A stretch of DNA of 64,000 nucleotides. Origin: Candidatus Omnitrophota bacterium. Lineage in GTDB: Bacteria; Omnitrophota; Gorgyraeia; B26-G9. The notes beneath the pieces were generated by a model. It had not been told where the DNA came from. It was given only the letters and a program-made list of their open reading frames with translations, and did no database searches. This document shows positions 1 to 9,217 of this stretch, piece by piece. Each line of letters starts with the position of its first letter. Position 1 is the first letter of the stretch. The stretch lies in assembly GCA_043814605.1 (NCBI GenBank), contig JBDRJV010000028.1:92350-156349 (forward strand), written 5' to 3'. The translations under genes and the position numbers were made by a program.

Positions 1-20
1 CGACAAAATATATAAATATT

Positions 21-1229
21 ATGCAAGAAAATAAATCAGGCAAACATCATTTGGCTATTGAATTTTTAACCTCGCAAGAAGAGGAAAAACTTCCGGCAAC
101 ATTTTATGGCAGTACTGGACAAGGGAAATGTTCTGTTGCTGTGCCTGGAGAGTTAACAATTAATAGCGCCTTGGATGAAATATTAGTTTCCGCGCGGCAA
201 ACCAATGCTTCGGATGTGCATATTTCAACGCATAACCAGATTTATTTTAAAATCAACGGGAATTTAAAACCGCAAACCCTAGGCAGGCTAACTCCGCAGC
301 AAGTAAATAATTTAGTCCATACCGGCTTAACGCCGGAGCAATTTAAAAAGTTCAAACATTCTGGCGATATTGAAATAATTTATGTTATCAAAGGCGCCGG
401 GCGTTTCCGATTTTCTCTGACCAAAAAAACCCCGGGGATTGATCTTACCGTGAGATTAATTCCGCTGCAGCTTTATTCTTTTGAAGAATCCGGCATGCCG
501 GAATCCTGCCGCGAACTAACGAAATGGTCGCAAGGGTTAGTGCTGGTTACCGGCCCTATTGGCTGCGGAAAAACAACCACACTGTCTGTGCTTTGTGAAA
601 TGATTAATCAAGCACGCCAGGAGCATATTATTACAATTGAAAACCCGATTGAGTTTGTATTTACACCAAAAAAATGCCAGATTACACAAAGAGAACTGCA
701 TTTACATACTCTTTCCCAGGCAAATGCCTTAAGGGCGGCATTACGGCAAGACCCGGATATTTTAGTAATCAGCGAACTGCGAGATACTGCAAGTATTCAG
801 CTTGCGGCAACAGCTGCAGAAACAGGCCACTTGGTTTTAGGGACAATGAATACAAATGATGCAGCGCAAACAATTTTAAGGATTGTAAATTCTTTTTCGG
901 CAGAAGAAAGAGGGTTAGTACAAAGCATGCTGGCATCATCTCTGCGGGGGATTATTTGTGAACAGTTAATCCCGAAAAAAGATGGCAGCGGCCTTGTTCC
1001 GGCTTACGAAGTTTTATTAGGCACCGGGGCAGTATCGAACTTGATCCGCAAAGGCAATGTTGATCAAATTCTGCGGGTCATTACAACTGGTTCAGCGGAA
1101 GGCATGGTCCCGATGGATACATCATTGATGAAATTATTAAAAGAAGGAGTGATTACTTGGGAGTCTGCTTATGGACGCTGTACGAATAAACAAGAATTTG
1201 AGAAATTTAGATATATGAGGCATGTTTAA
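21..1229 (+). CDS. PilT/PilU-family type IV pilus retraction ATPase, with a ~45-aa N-terminal extension
   Basis: Walker A GPIGCGKTTT, Asp-box/Walker B region, NLIRKGN (AIRNLIRE-like) motif; 402 aa. Confidence 0.8.
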   Translation: MQENKSGKHHLAIEFLTSQEEEKLPATFYGSTGQGKCSVAVPGELTINSALDEILVSARQTNASDVHISTHNQIYFKINGNLKPQTLGRLTPQQVNNLVHTGLTPEQFKKFKHSGDIEIIYVIKGAGRFRFSLTKKTPGIDLTVRLIPLQLYSFEESGMPESCRELTKWSQGLVLVTGPIGCGKTTTLSVLCEMINQARQEHIITIENPIEFVFTPKKCQITQRELHLHTLSQANALRAALRQDPDILVISELRDTASIQLAATAAETGHLVLGTMNTNDAAQTILRIVNSFSAEERGLVQSMLASSLRGIICEQLIPKKDGSGLVPAYEVLLGTGAVSNLIRKGNVDQILRVITTGSAEGMVPMDTSLMKLLKEGVITWESAYGRCTNKQEFEKFRYMRHV

Positions 1230-1244
1230 TATTTTAGGATAATT

Positions 1245-2291
1245 ATGGCAAAAATTGATCCTTTATTTTATGAATTAGTTGAAAAAAACGGTTCGGATTT
1301 GCACTTAGAACAAGGGCAAAAGCCAAAAGCAAGAATTAATGGTACATTAATAGAATTAGCCGAGCATAAAGTTTTAACAGAACAATATTTAAGCGAAATT
1401 TTATCTGGAATCGCGGGGATAGAAAATTGGCAGCGCTTTCAAGATAAAGGCGATATAGATTTTGCCTATGCTTTAGATAATGGGACACGTTTCCGCTCAA
1501 ATTATTTTCGCCAATTTTACGGATACGGAGCAGTTTTTCGCTTAGTCCCATCAAAAATTTTGGACTTTGAACAATTAGGATTACCGGAAGTATGCAAAGA
1601 TATTTGTAAGTTACATTCAGGATTAGTTTTGATTACTGGCCCCACCGGAAGCGGAAAATCTTCAACCCTTGCAGCAATGATCGATTATATTAATAATATT
1701 TTTGTCAAAAAAATTGTTACGATTGAAGAGCCAATTGAATTTATGCATAAAAACAAGAAGTGCATTATTGTCCATCGTGAAGTGGGGGTAGATACTGTTT
1801 CCTTTTCTCAGGGGCTGCGCAGTGCATTAAAAAGCGATGTACACATTGTGTTAGTGGGTGAAATGCGTGATCGCGAAACAATAGAACTAGCGCTTACTGC
1901 TGCGGAAATGGGTATTTTAGTTTTTGGGACTTTGCACACAAATTCAGCGGCAAAAACAATTGACCGCATTATTGATTCCTTCCCGGTTGATAAGAAAGAA
2001 CAAATGCGTGAAATTCTTGCGAACACACTCAAAGCAGTAGTGGCCCAGCAATTAGTCCGGAGCATTGACAATTCTCGCAGATGGGGGGCATTTGAAGTTC
2101 TTTTAAGCAGTACGGCTTTACCGGCGATTATCCGCGCCGGAGATACAAATCTGCTCAAAGGAGAAATTAATACGAATGCTAATGCCGGGATGATTGCTAT
2201 GGATAACTATCTGCTTAAGTTAGTGCGTGAGAATAAAATCTCCCAGGAAGATGCCTTTCTTAAAGCTTTGGATAAAAATCTATTTAGATAA
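1245..2291 (+). CDS. pilT: Type IV pilus twitching-motility ATPase PilT/PilU (canonical length)
   Basis: 348 aa; GPTGSGKSST Walker A; typical PilT N-terminus (DLHL..G..P..RING). The AIRNLIRE motif is degenerate (AIIRAGDTNLL), so this may be a PilU-like paralog. Tandem with the previous PilT. Confidence 0.8.
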   Translation: MAKIDPLFYELVEKNGSDLHLEQGQKPKARINGTLIELAEHKVLTEQYLSEILSGIAGIENWQRFQDKGDIDFAYALDNGTRFRSNYFRQFYGYGAVFRLVPSKILDFEQLGLPEVCKDICKLHSGLVLITGPTGSGKSSTLAAMIDYINNIFVKKIVTIEEPIEFMHKNKKCIIVHREVGVDTVSFSQGLRSALKSDVHIVLVGEMRDRETIELALTAAEMGILVFGTLHTNSAAKTIDRIIDSFPVDKKEQMREILANTLKAVVAQQLVRSIDNSRRWGAFEVLLSSTALPAIIRAGDTNLLKGEINTNANAGMIAMDNYLLKLVRENKISQEDAFLKALDKNLFR

Positions 2292-2325
2292 TTTTCCCAC
2301 AGCTTTTTTCTTTTACATTATTAAA

Positions 2326-2355
2326 TTGACAAAAAGACAGTGCTTGTGATATTAT
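2326..2355 (+). promoter_or_regulatory. Sigma70-like promoter upstream of PFOR (TTGACA-N18-TATTAT), followed by a ~240-nt hairpin-rich 5' UTR
   Basis: ttgaca at 2326-2331 and tattat at 2350-2355. Hairpins ggcttaa..ttaagcc (~2388-2412) and aacataac..gttatgt (~2437-2472) lie in the leader. Confidence 0.45.
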
Positions 2356-2596
2356 ATTTTTCTAATTGGCTTAATATTGCTTAAGAAATTTAAGCCTTTA
2401 GTTACATCAAATCTTTGTGCCTCCTTCAGAATAATAAACATAACTTATTTATTATTAATATGTTATGTCTTTTTAAGTTAAATATGCTGATTGAGTAAAA
2501 ACACAAGAAAAAGATCTATAAAGGGGATTTTTTGTCTCTTTTTTTATGAATTTGCAGGTTAAAAATTAATAATAAAAATTTAAATCGGAGGATGTA

Positions 2597-5500
2597 ATGG
2601 CAAGAAGAAAAATTGCAATGGATGGGAATACTGCAGCAGCTTATGTAGCGCACGCAACGAACGAGGTATGTGCGATTTATCCCATAACCCCGTCTTCGGG
2701 AATTGGGGAAATGGCAGATGAAAGATCAGCGGAAGGAAAAGTAAATATTTGGGGACAGGTGCCGATTGTTTGTGAGTTGCAGTCAGAAGGCGGTGCATCC
2801 GGAGCAGTGCACGGAGCTTTAACTGCAGGGAGCTTAACTTCTACATTTACAGCCTCGCAAGGATTACTTTTAATGATTCCAAACATGTTTAAAATTGCTG
2901 GGGAACTTACGCCAACTGTATTTTATGTAACCGCACGCACAGTGGCCTCGCATGCGCTTTCAATTTTCTGTGATCATTCTGATATCATGGCCGCACGTTC
3001 AACCGGCTTTGGAACTTTTTTTGCCTCAAGTGTGCAGGAAGTTATGGATTTAGGTTTAATTGCCCAGGCGGCAACACTCGAGTCCCGTGTCCCTTTTATT
3101 ATGGCTTTTGATGGATTCCGTACTTCGCATGAGATACAAAAAATTGAAGAATTAACTTTTGATGATATGCGTGCTGTGGTTCAAGAGGAAGCAATTATGG
3201 CGCATCGGTTGCGTGCGCTTACGCCGGATAAACCCACAATTAAGGGGACTTCCCAAAATCCAGATGTTTTCTTCCAGGAAAGAGAAACAGTAAATCCGTT
3301 TTATAATCAGGCTCCAGAAATTATTCAAGAAGTAATGAATAGATTTGCTAAAATTGTTGGCCGGCAGTATAAACTTTTTGATTACTACGGAACGCCTGAT
3401 GCAGAAAATATTATTGTGATTATGGGCTCAGGCGCGGGTGCGGGACAAGAAACAGTGGATTTTTTAAATAAAAACGGCGCGAAGACAGGCGTTGTGATTG
3501 TCCGCGTATACCGTCCTTTTTCTATAGAAGCGTTTATCAAGGCATTACCAAAAACAACCAAAGCAATTGCGGTTTTAGACAGGACTAAGGAGCCGGGTTC
3601 AATCGGAGATCCGCTTTATATGGATGTACGCTCAGCCATTGGCGAAGCCATGGAACAGGGGATAACGCCTTTTAAAAATTGGCCAAAAATTATCGCTGGC
3701 CGTTACGGATTGGGTTCAAAGGAATTTACTCCGTGTATGGTGAAAGCTGTATTTGATAATTTAAAGAAAAAAGATTCTAAAAATCATTTTGTTGTGGGGA
3801 TTAACGAAGATGTAACTAAGAGCAGTCTGCCTCTAGATGATTGTTTTGATGCAGAGCATGCAGATACTTTCCGCGGTGTATTTTACGGCTTAGGGGCTGA
3901 CGGGACAGTGGGCGCGAATAAAAATTCTATAAAAATTATCAGTGAACTTACGAATAATAATGTACAAGGTTTTTTTGTTTATGATTCTAAAAAAGCCGGT
4001 TCCCAAACTGTATCGCATTTACGTTTTGGCAAAAACCCAATCACCAGTACCTACCTTATTCAAAAAGCAAATTTTATTGCTTGTCATAACTTTAGCTTTT
4101 TAGAAAAATACAATATGCTCTCCGGCGCAGATAAAGGGGCGGTATTTTTATTAGCCAGTCCTTACGGTAAAGATGAAGTTTGGGATAAAATGCCTAAAGA
4201 AGTTCAGCAGCAGATAATTGATAAAAAATTAAAGTTTTACATTATTAAGGCTTTTGATTTAGCAAATGAAATTGGCTTAGGCAGCAGAATCAATACAATT
4301 TTACAAACTGCATTTTTTAAAATCAGTAATATTATCCCGGTTGACGATGCAGTAAAAGCAATTAAAGATGCAATTGCTAAAACTTATGGGGCTAAAGGGG
4401 AAAAAGTTGTTAGTATGAATACAAAAGCTGTGGATGCAGCCCTGGCCGCAGTTGAGGAAATTAAAGTCCCGGCCAAAGCAACCAGTAAAATTTCTATCCC
4501 AGATGTTGTCCCGAGTAATGCTCCGGAATTTGTGAAAAAAGTTACGGCGGAAATTATTGCCGGCCGCGGCGATAATTTACCAGTTTCTGCTTTCCCGGTT
4601 GACGGCACTTGGCCGAGTGCAACGTCACAATTTGAAAAACGTAATATTGCACTTCAAATCCCAGAATGGATACCGGATGTTTGTATCCAATGCGGACAAT
4701 GCAGTTTTGTTTGCCCGCACGGTGTAATTCGTATGAAAATATATGACGGGGCTTTATTAAAAAATGCTCCGGAGGGATTCAAAAGCATAAAAGCAATGGG
4801 TAAGGGTTCAGAAACAAAAATATTTACTTTGCAAGTTGCCCCGGAAGACTGCACAGGCTGCGGCGCTTGTGTGCATAAATGTCCGGCCTTAGAAAAAGAT
4901 GCAGATAAAAAACCTACGGGCAAAAAGGCAATTAATATGGTTTCTCAAGCAGAACGCCGGGAGCAGGAAAAGAAAAATTTTGAATTTTTCCTGTCGATTC
5001 CGGACATGAAAATAAAAGATCTGCCTTTTGATATTACAACAGTAAAAGGTTCGCAGTTAATGCGGCCTTTGTTTGAATTTTCCGGAGCCTGTGCAGGCTG
5101 CGGCGAAACGCCGTATGTAAAATTAATGAGCCAGCTTTTTGGCGACCGCGCATTGATCGCTAATGCTACGGGATGTTCTTCAATTTACGGCGGTAATTTA
5201 CCCACAACTCCCTATTGTGTAACCGCAGAGGGGAAAGGCCCGGCGTGGTCCAATTCATTATTTGAAGATAATGCGGAATTTGGTTTTGGCATGCGGCTTG
5301 CGGTTGACCAGCTGCGTGAAAAAGCGCAAATTCTTTTGAAAAAAGTCATAGAAAAAGAATTGTCTGCTTCTAAAAATTTAGCAAATGAAATTATTAATGC
5401 TGTTCAGAAAACACATGCAGATATTGAAACACAGCGGCAAAGAGTAGTTAAATTAAAAGAGGCGCTGAAAAAAGCAAAAAGCACAGAAGCGCAGGAATTA

Positions 5501-6181
5501 TTAAAAATTGCAGATTATTTATGCAAAAAAAGCGTTTGGATTTTAGGCGGAGATGGCTGGGCATATGATATTGGTTATGGCGGGTTAGACCATGTTTTAG
5601 CCCAGGATAAAAATGTTAATGTACTTGTATTAGATACAGAAGTTTATTCTAATACCGGCGGCCAGATGTCTAAAGCTACTCCTATGGGTGCAATTGCCAA
5701 ATTTGCTGCAGCAGGAAAACCAATGTTCAAAAAAGATTTAGCCATGATTGCCGCGACTTACGGTTCAATTTATGTAGCGCGAATTGCGATTGGTGCAAAC
5801 CCGGTTCAAGCGCAGAAAGCAATGATTGAGGCGGAAAGCTATGACGGGCCGTCCATAATTATTGCCTACACACATTGTATTGCGCACGGTATTAATATGA
5901 CTAAAGGCATGGATGAACAGAAAAACGCAGTACTTTCTGGCTATTGGCCATTATTCAGATATAATCCGGACCTTATTGCACAGGGTAAAAACCCCATGCA
6001 GCTTGACAGCAAGGCACCCAGCATACCCTTGGCAGAGTATATTTATAATGAGAATAGATTTAATGCCTTAAAGAAAATGAATCCCCAGCGTGCGGAAATG
6101 CTTTTGAAAAAAGCTCAGGAAGAAGTAAACAGAAGGTTTAAAATGTATGAGTATTTAGCAAAAATGGAGTATAGCAAATAA
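2597..6181 (+). CDS. nifJ: Pyruvate:ferredoxin (flavodoxin) oxidoreductase, single-polypeptide PFOR
   Basis: 1194 aa; two 4Fe-4S ferredoxin motifs (CIQCGQCSFVCP, CTGCGACVHKCP); TPP-binding GDGWAYDIGYGG; characteristic PFOR N-terminus. Confidence 0.95.
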   Translation: MARRKIAMDGNTAAAYVAHATNEVCAIYPITPSSGIGEMADERSAEGKVNIWGQVPIVCELQSEGGASGAVHGALTAGSLTSTFTASQGLLLMIPNMFKIAGELTPTVFYVTARTVASHALSIFCDHSDIMAARSTGFGTFFASSVQEVMDLGLIAQAATLESRVPFIMAFDGFRTSHEIQKIEELTFDDMRAVVQEEAIMAHRLRALTPDKPTIKGTSQNPDVFFQERETVNPFYNQAPEIIQEVMNRFAKIVGRQYKLFDYYGTPDAENIIVIMGSGAGAGQETVDFLNKNGAKTGVVIVRVYRPFSIEAFIKALPKTTKAIAVLDRTKEPGSIGDPLYMDVRSAIGEAMEQGITPFKNWPKIIAGRYGLGSKEFTPCMVKAVFDNLKKKDSKNHFVVGINEDVTKSSLPLDDCFDAEHADTFRGVFYGLGADGTVGANKNSIKIISELTNNNVQGFFVYDSKKAGSQTVSHLRFGKNPITSTYLIQKANFIACHNFSFLEKYNMLSGADKGAVFLLASPYGKDEVWDKMPKEVQQQIIDKKLKFYIIKAFDLANEIGLGSRINTILQTAFFKISNIIPVDDAVKAIKDAIAKTYGAKGEKVVSMNTKAVDAALAAVEEIKVPAKATSKISIPDVVPSNAPEFVKKVTAEIIAGRGDNLPVSAFPVDGTWPSATSQFEKRNIALQIPEWIPDVCIQCGQCSFVCPHGVIRMKIYDGALLKNAPEGFKSIKAMGKGSETKIFTLQVAPEDCTGCGACVHKCPALEKDADKKPTGKKAINMVSQAERREQEKKNFEFFLSIPDMKIKDLPFDITTVKGSQLMRPLFEFSGACAGCGETPYVKLMSQLFGDRALIANATGCSSIYGGNLPTTPYCVTAEGKGPAWSNSLFEDNAEFGFGMRLAVDQLREKAQILLKKVIEKELSASKNLANEIINAVQKTHADIETQRQRVVKLKEALKKAKSTEAQELLKIADYLCKKSVWILGGDGWAYDIGYGGLDHVLAQDKNVNVLVLDTEVYSNTGGQMSKATPMGAIAKFAAAGKPMFKKDLAMIAATYGSIYVARIAIGANPVQAQKAMIEAESYDGPSIIIAYTHCIAHGINMTKGMDEQKNAVLSGYWPLFRYNPDLIAQGKNPMQLDSKAPSIPLAEYIYNENRFNALKKMNPQRAEMLLKKAQEEVNRRFKMYEYLAKMEYSK

Positions 6182-6199
6182 AAAAACAGAAAATAAATA

Positions 6200-6238
6200 A
6201 AAACCCTCTTTTGGTTACTGAGGGTTTTATTTTTTTTT
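6200..6238 (+). terminator. Rho-independent terminator after PFOR
   Basis: aaccctc-ttttggttact-gagggtt hairpin followed by a T9 run. Confidence 0.8.
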
Positions 6239-6317
6239 GCAAAAATTGTTAAATAATGCTATACTTTTATGATTTTTATTAATTAAAGATTGCTATCTCA
6301 GATAATATCAGGATATT

Positions 6318-7766
6318 ATGAAAAAGCGAATAATAGGTCTCCTTATATACACACAGTTATTGTTTGTTTTACCTAATGTTTTTGCAGTTGAAAAAGATTT
6401 TAATTTTCAAAAAACCAAGCAAGACTTAGCTTTCTTATCTCCTTATATCACTATTGATTTTTCAAATATTCAAAACAGTTTCATCTTAAATCAACAGCAA
6501 TGTGAGAATATATTAAATTTTGATAAATCAGAACAAATAGTTTTTGATTTACTAAGGAAAATGCTTAATTTATCTGATAACCAGGCGATTACTACCGAAA
6601 TGATAAAACATCTTCAGAACGAAGATTTTGCTAAGTTATCTTTTAAAGAACAGAATTTATTTCTTGATTTATTGGACCAGGTGGATTATTCAGATGCGAA
6701 AATTGATAAAGATAGTTTTGGGAAAGAAAGATTGGGTACAAAATCAGAGGATTTTTCACAAGCACCTTCAATCCTCGCACTTGCTTGTCCGAATGCTTTA
6801 GATTTTAATATTCAAATTCAAGAATTAGACAATAAGTTGAATATCACCAATCTATCTGCCGTGATTGGCGGTAAGGCAATCAACGCTGCAAAAACACTGG
6901 TTCGCTTTGGAAGAAAAGTAGAAATCATCGGGTTTAATGGCCAGGGTAAGGTAGGTGAGAAATTTAATGCTTTACTCAAGACTAAAGGCATAGAAAATAT
7001 TAGTTTTGTTAAAACTAAGACAGATACACGCCTAAACCCTATGTTTTTTGTTAAAACTCAAGATGAAAACATAGAGAAAAGAATTCTTGTTCCGGGAGGA
7101 AAAATAACAGAGCAGGAAGAAAAAGAATTTTGGCAGAACTTTGAACAAATACTGCAAAATTCACATGTAGGACAGTTTTTACTTATCGGGGGGAGAATTC
7201 CTCCGGGATTATCCGATGATTTTTGGTGTAAAGTAATCACTAAAGCAAAACAAAAAAAGATTAAATGTGAATTTGATTTTAGCATCTCTCTTACTGACGA
7301 ACAGATAGCAATTACTCTTTCTGCTAATCCATATATTATAAAACCAAATTTAGAAGAATTGGCTAAGATTACTAAAACCGATATTTCTCAATTACAGAAT
7401 GACTTTACAATTATTAAAAAAGCAAGGGAACTAAACAAGCAAGGGATAGAAATTGTTATTGTTTCCCTCGGTAAGGCTGGGTCAATTCTTATCACCAAGG
7501 ATCTTGTTTTAAGGGCAAAAGTTCCTGAAATAGATTCTGAAAATACAGTAGGCGCTGGAGATTCGTTTATTGGTGGCTTTGTGCATATGCTTTCGTTAGG
7601 TAAAAATATCGAAGAAGCATACTCTTTTGCCAGTGCAGTAGGAACAGCAACTTGTTTGTACCCCCAAGTAGAAACAGTAAACCTAAATATAGTTGATACA
7701 GTTCGTTCAAAAATCAAAATTTCTTCCCATCTTAAATATCATGTTTTTATAGAAAATTCTATTTAA
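6318..7766 (+). CDS. PfkB-family carbohydrate kinase (1-phosphofructokinase/tagatose-6-P kinase-like) with an N-terminal signal peptide and a ~150-aa N/Q-rich extension
   Basis: C-terminal two-thirds has PfkB signatures (GGKAINAAKTL, DTVGAGDSFIGGF). N-terminus MKKRIIGLLIYTQLLFVLPNVFA looks like a cleavable signal peptide. Confidence 0.6.
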   Translation: MKKRIIGLLIYTQLLFVLPNVFAVEKDFNFQKTKQDLAFLSPYITIDFSNIQNSFILNQQQCENILNFDKSEQIVFDLLRKMLNLSDNQAITTEMIKHLQNEDFAKLSFKEQNLFLDLLDQVDYSDAKIDKDSFGKERLGTKSEDFSQAPSILALACPNALDFNIQIQELDNKLNITNLSAVIGGKAINAAKTLVRFGRKVEIIGFNGQGKVGEKFNALLKTKGIENISFVKTKTDTRLNPMFFVKTQDENIEKRILVPGGKITEQEEKEFWQNFEQILQNSHVGQFLLIGGRIPPGLSDDFWCKVITKAKQKKIKCEFDFSISLTDEQIAITLSANPYIIKPNLEELAKITKTDISQLQNDFTIIKKARELNKQGIEIVIVSLGKAGSILITKDLVLRAKVPEIDSENTVGAGDSFIGGFVHMLSLGKNIEEAYSFASAVGTATCLYPQVETVNLNIVDTVRSKIKISSHLKYHVFIENSI

Positions 7767-7850
7767 CTTAAAAATCCGCTTGCTTATTGACAAAACAGGT
7801 AGAGAGTAAGGTATAATAATTAAAGAATATTAAGATTCTTATTAATGGAT

Positions 7851-7925
7851 CAAGACATCCTATAATAGGAAAGTAGGAGGATGTCTTGATTATATAGATT
7901 AAAATTATTTTATAGAGAGATTACA
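7851..7925 (+). ncRNA. 5' half of the repeated leader element family A (hairpin aagacatcct..aggatgtctt plus the 'gagattacag' arm), here split by the GxxExxY gene
   Basis: Near-identical to 63069-63150. A promoter-like ttgaca (7787) with ggtataat (7810-7817) lies upstream. Confidence 0.5.
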
Positions 7926-8234
7926 GTGATTAAGGAGAGGGATCTGTTAACTGAGAAAATAATCGCTTGTGCTTATAATGTACATAGTAAACTTGGTCCT
8001 GGATTTAGCGAAAGTATATATCATAAGGCATTAAAAATAGTGTTAAAAGAACAGGGTTTAAAGTATCAAACTGAGAAAAGTTTTGATGTTTGTTTTCAAG
8101 GTAAAAACATTGGTAAATGTAGGCTCGATTTAGTCATCGCTGACAAGATTGTAATAGAACTGAAAGCTCTTAGCGGTAATATTCCTGCTGTATTTGAATC
8201 ACAGGTTTTATCTTATCTAAAAGTATCAGGATAA
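7926..8234 (+). CDS. GxxExxY family protein (PD-(D/E)XK-like), GTG start
   Basis: Motif GPGFSESIYHKAL (G-x-x-E-x-x-Y); 102 aa; sits exactly between the two halves of leader element A. The second copy of the element (63069-63252) lacks the gene. Confidence 0.7.
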   Translation: MIKERDLLTEKIIACAYNVHSKLGPGFSESIYHKALKIVLKEQGLKYQTEKSFDVCFQGKNIGKCRLDLVIADKIVIELKALSGNIPAVFESQVLSYLKVSG

Positions 8235-8282
8235 AAGAGCGGGTTTTTGATAAGCTTTGGCAATAAGAGTTATCAAGTTAGA

Positions 8283-8373
8283 AGATTAATGGTTTAATCT
8301 TCGTAATCTATTGTTAATCGTGGTAATCAGGGATAATCCAATCCAGGAGTGAGGATTATACCAGGAGGTATAA
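8283..8373 (+). ncRNA. 3' half of leader element A (cgtaatc arm plus hairpin gggataatcc..ggattatacc), immediately before the RBS of the 8374 gene
   Basis: Matches 63166-63252 almost base for base. Hairpin ends 12 nt before the ATG and is followed by aggagg. Confidence 0.5.
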
Positions 8374-8742
8374 ATGAAAAAAATAGTTATGTTTTTATTT
8401 TTCTTATCAATTACATCAGTAAGCTTTGCACATCCGCCGAGCAATGTGAAAATCAGCTATTCTTCGGAGCAAAGTATGTTGGCGGTTAATTTTACACATC
8501 TTACGAATAATGGTAAAAAACATTATATCCGTAAGATCAGCATTATCCGGAGCGATGTCAGTACTGAGGATACTTATTACGTGCGGCAGGAAGAAGTAAA
8601 AGATGTTTTTAAAACTATACCCATAAAATTAAACCCTAAGGAAATGATTAAATTAAAAATTTACTGTGAAAAGGGCGGGATGAGCGAGACCGCGTATACC
8701 GCGGCAGAGGGAAAAAGTCAAAATAAAAACAAAAAAGAATAG
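8374..8742 (+). CDS. Small secreted protein with signal peptide, hypothetical
   Basis: MKKIVMFLFFLSITSVSFA signal peptide; Lys-rich C-terminus; no recognisable domain. Confidence 0.5.
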   Translation: MKKIVMFLFFLSITSVSFAHPPSNVKISYSSEQSMLAVNFTHLTNNGKKHYIRKISIIRSDVSTEDTYYVRQEEVKDVFKTIPIKLNPKEMIKLKIYCEKGGMSETAYTAAEGKSQNKNKKE

Positions 8743-8751
8743 GGGGGTGCG

Positions 8752-9078
8752 ATGAAAGTAATAATTTTAACTGCTTTAATGATAGTCATATTTATTCCGG
8801 CTTATGTTAGAGCGGAAGAAGCGGATGATGTGACCTATCAAATGCAGGAGATGCAGGGGGTCCCGGGAAATGCCTTGCCGGCAGTTGAAGTGGGCAACAC
8901 AATCTGCCTGGTTAGCGGGGAAGAAGTTGATGAAATGGGAGAACCGGTGAAACATAACTATAACGGGAAAATTTATAGTTTCTGTTGCAGTGGATGTGTG
9001 GAAGAATTTAAAAAAGACCCGAAAAAATATATCAAAATCTTCGAAGATTCTATGATTTTAGAAAACACAGCAGAATAA
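8752..9078 (+). CDS. Secreted YHS/TRASH-domain metal-binding protein
   Basis: Signal peptide followed by a YHS-like KHNYNGKIYSFCCSGCVEEFKKDPKKY motif. Confidence 0.6.
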   Translation: MKVIILTALMIVIFIPAYVRAEEADDVTYQMQEMQGVPGNALPAVEVGNTICLVSGEEVDEMGEPVKHNYNGKIYSFCCSGCVEEFKKDPKKYIKIFEDSMILENTAE

Positions 9079-9217
9079 AAGTTTAAAACAAAAAGCATTC
9101 TTAGCTGTAGGGTTAAATTATTTTTAAAAAATATCAAAAGGCTATAATCTAATCTGAGGGAGTCGCCGGGTTTGGTCAGAGGGGAGAACCCTTGAATTCT
9201 TAAAGAGCCAAAGGTTA

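Noticed and set aside
674-7717. Numerous 60-145-aa antisense or out-of-frame ORFs nested in large genes (e.g. 674-859, 1336-1554, 1808-2158, 4384-4923, 7058-7717, 47308-48510)
   Set aside because: They are fully embedded in strongly supported CDSs with recognisable domains. They lack RBS and have atypical composition; these are shadow ORFs.
7926-8234. GxxExxY ORF as an ordinary housekeeping gene with its own regulatory region
   Set aside because: Not rejected as a gene. I rejected treating it as independent because its flanks are the two halves of a repeated element found intact elsewhere; it is reported as an insertion instead.
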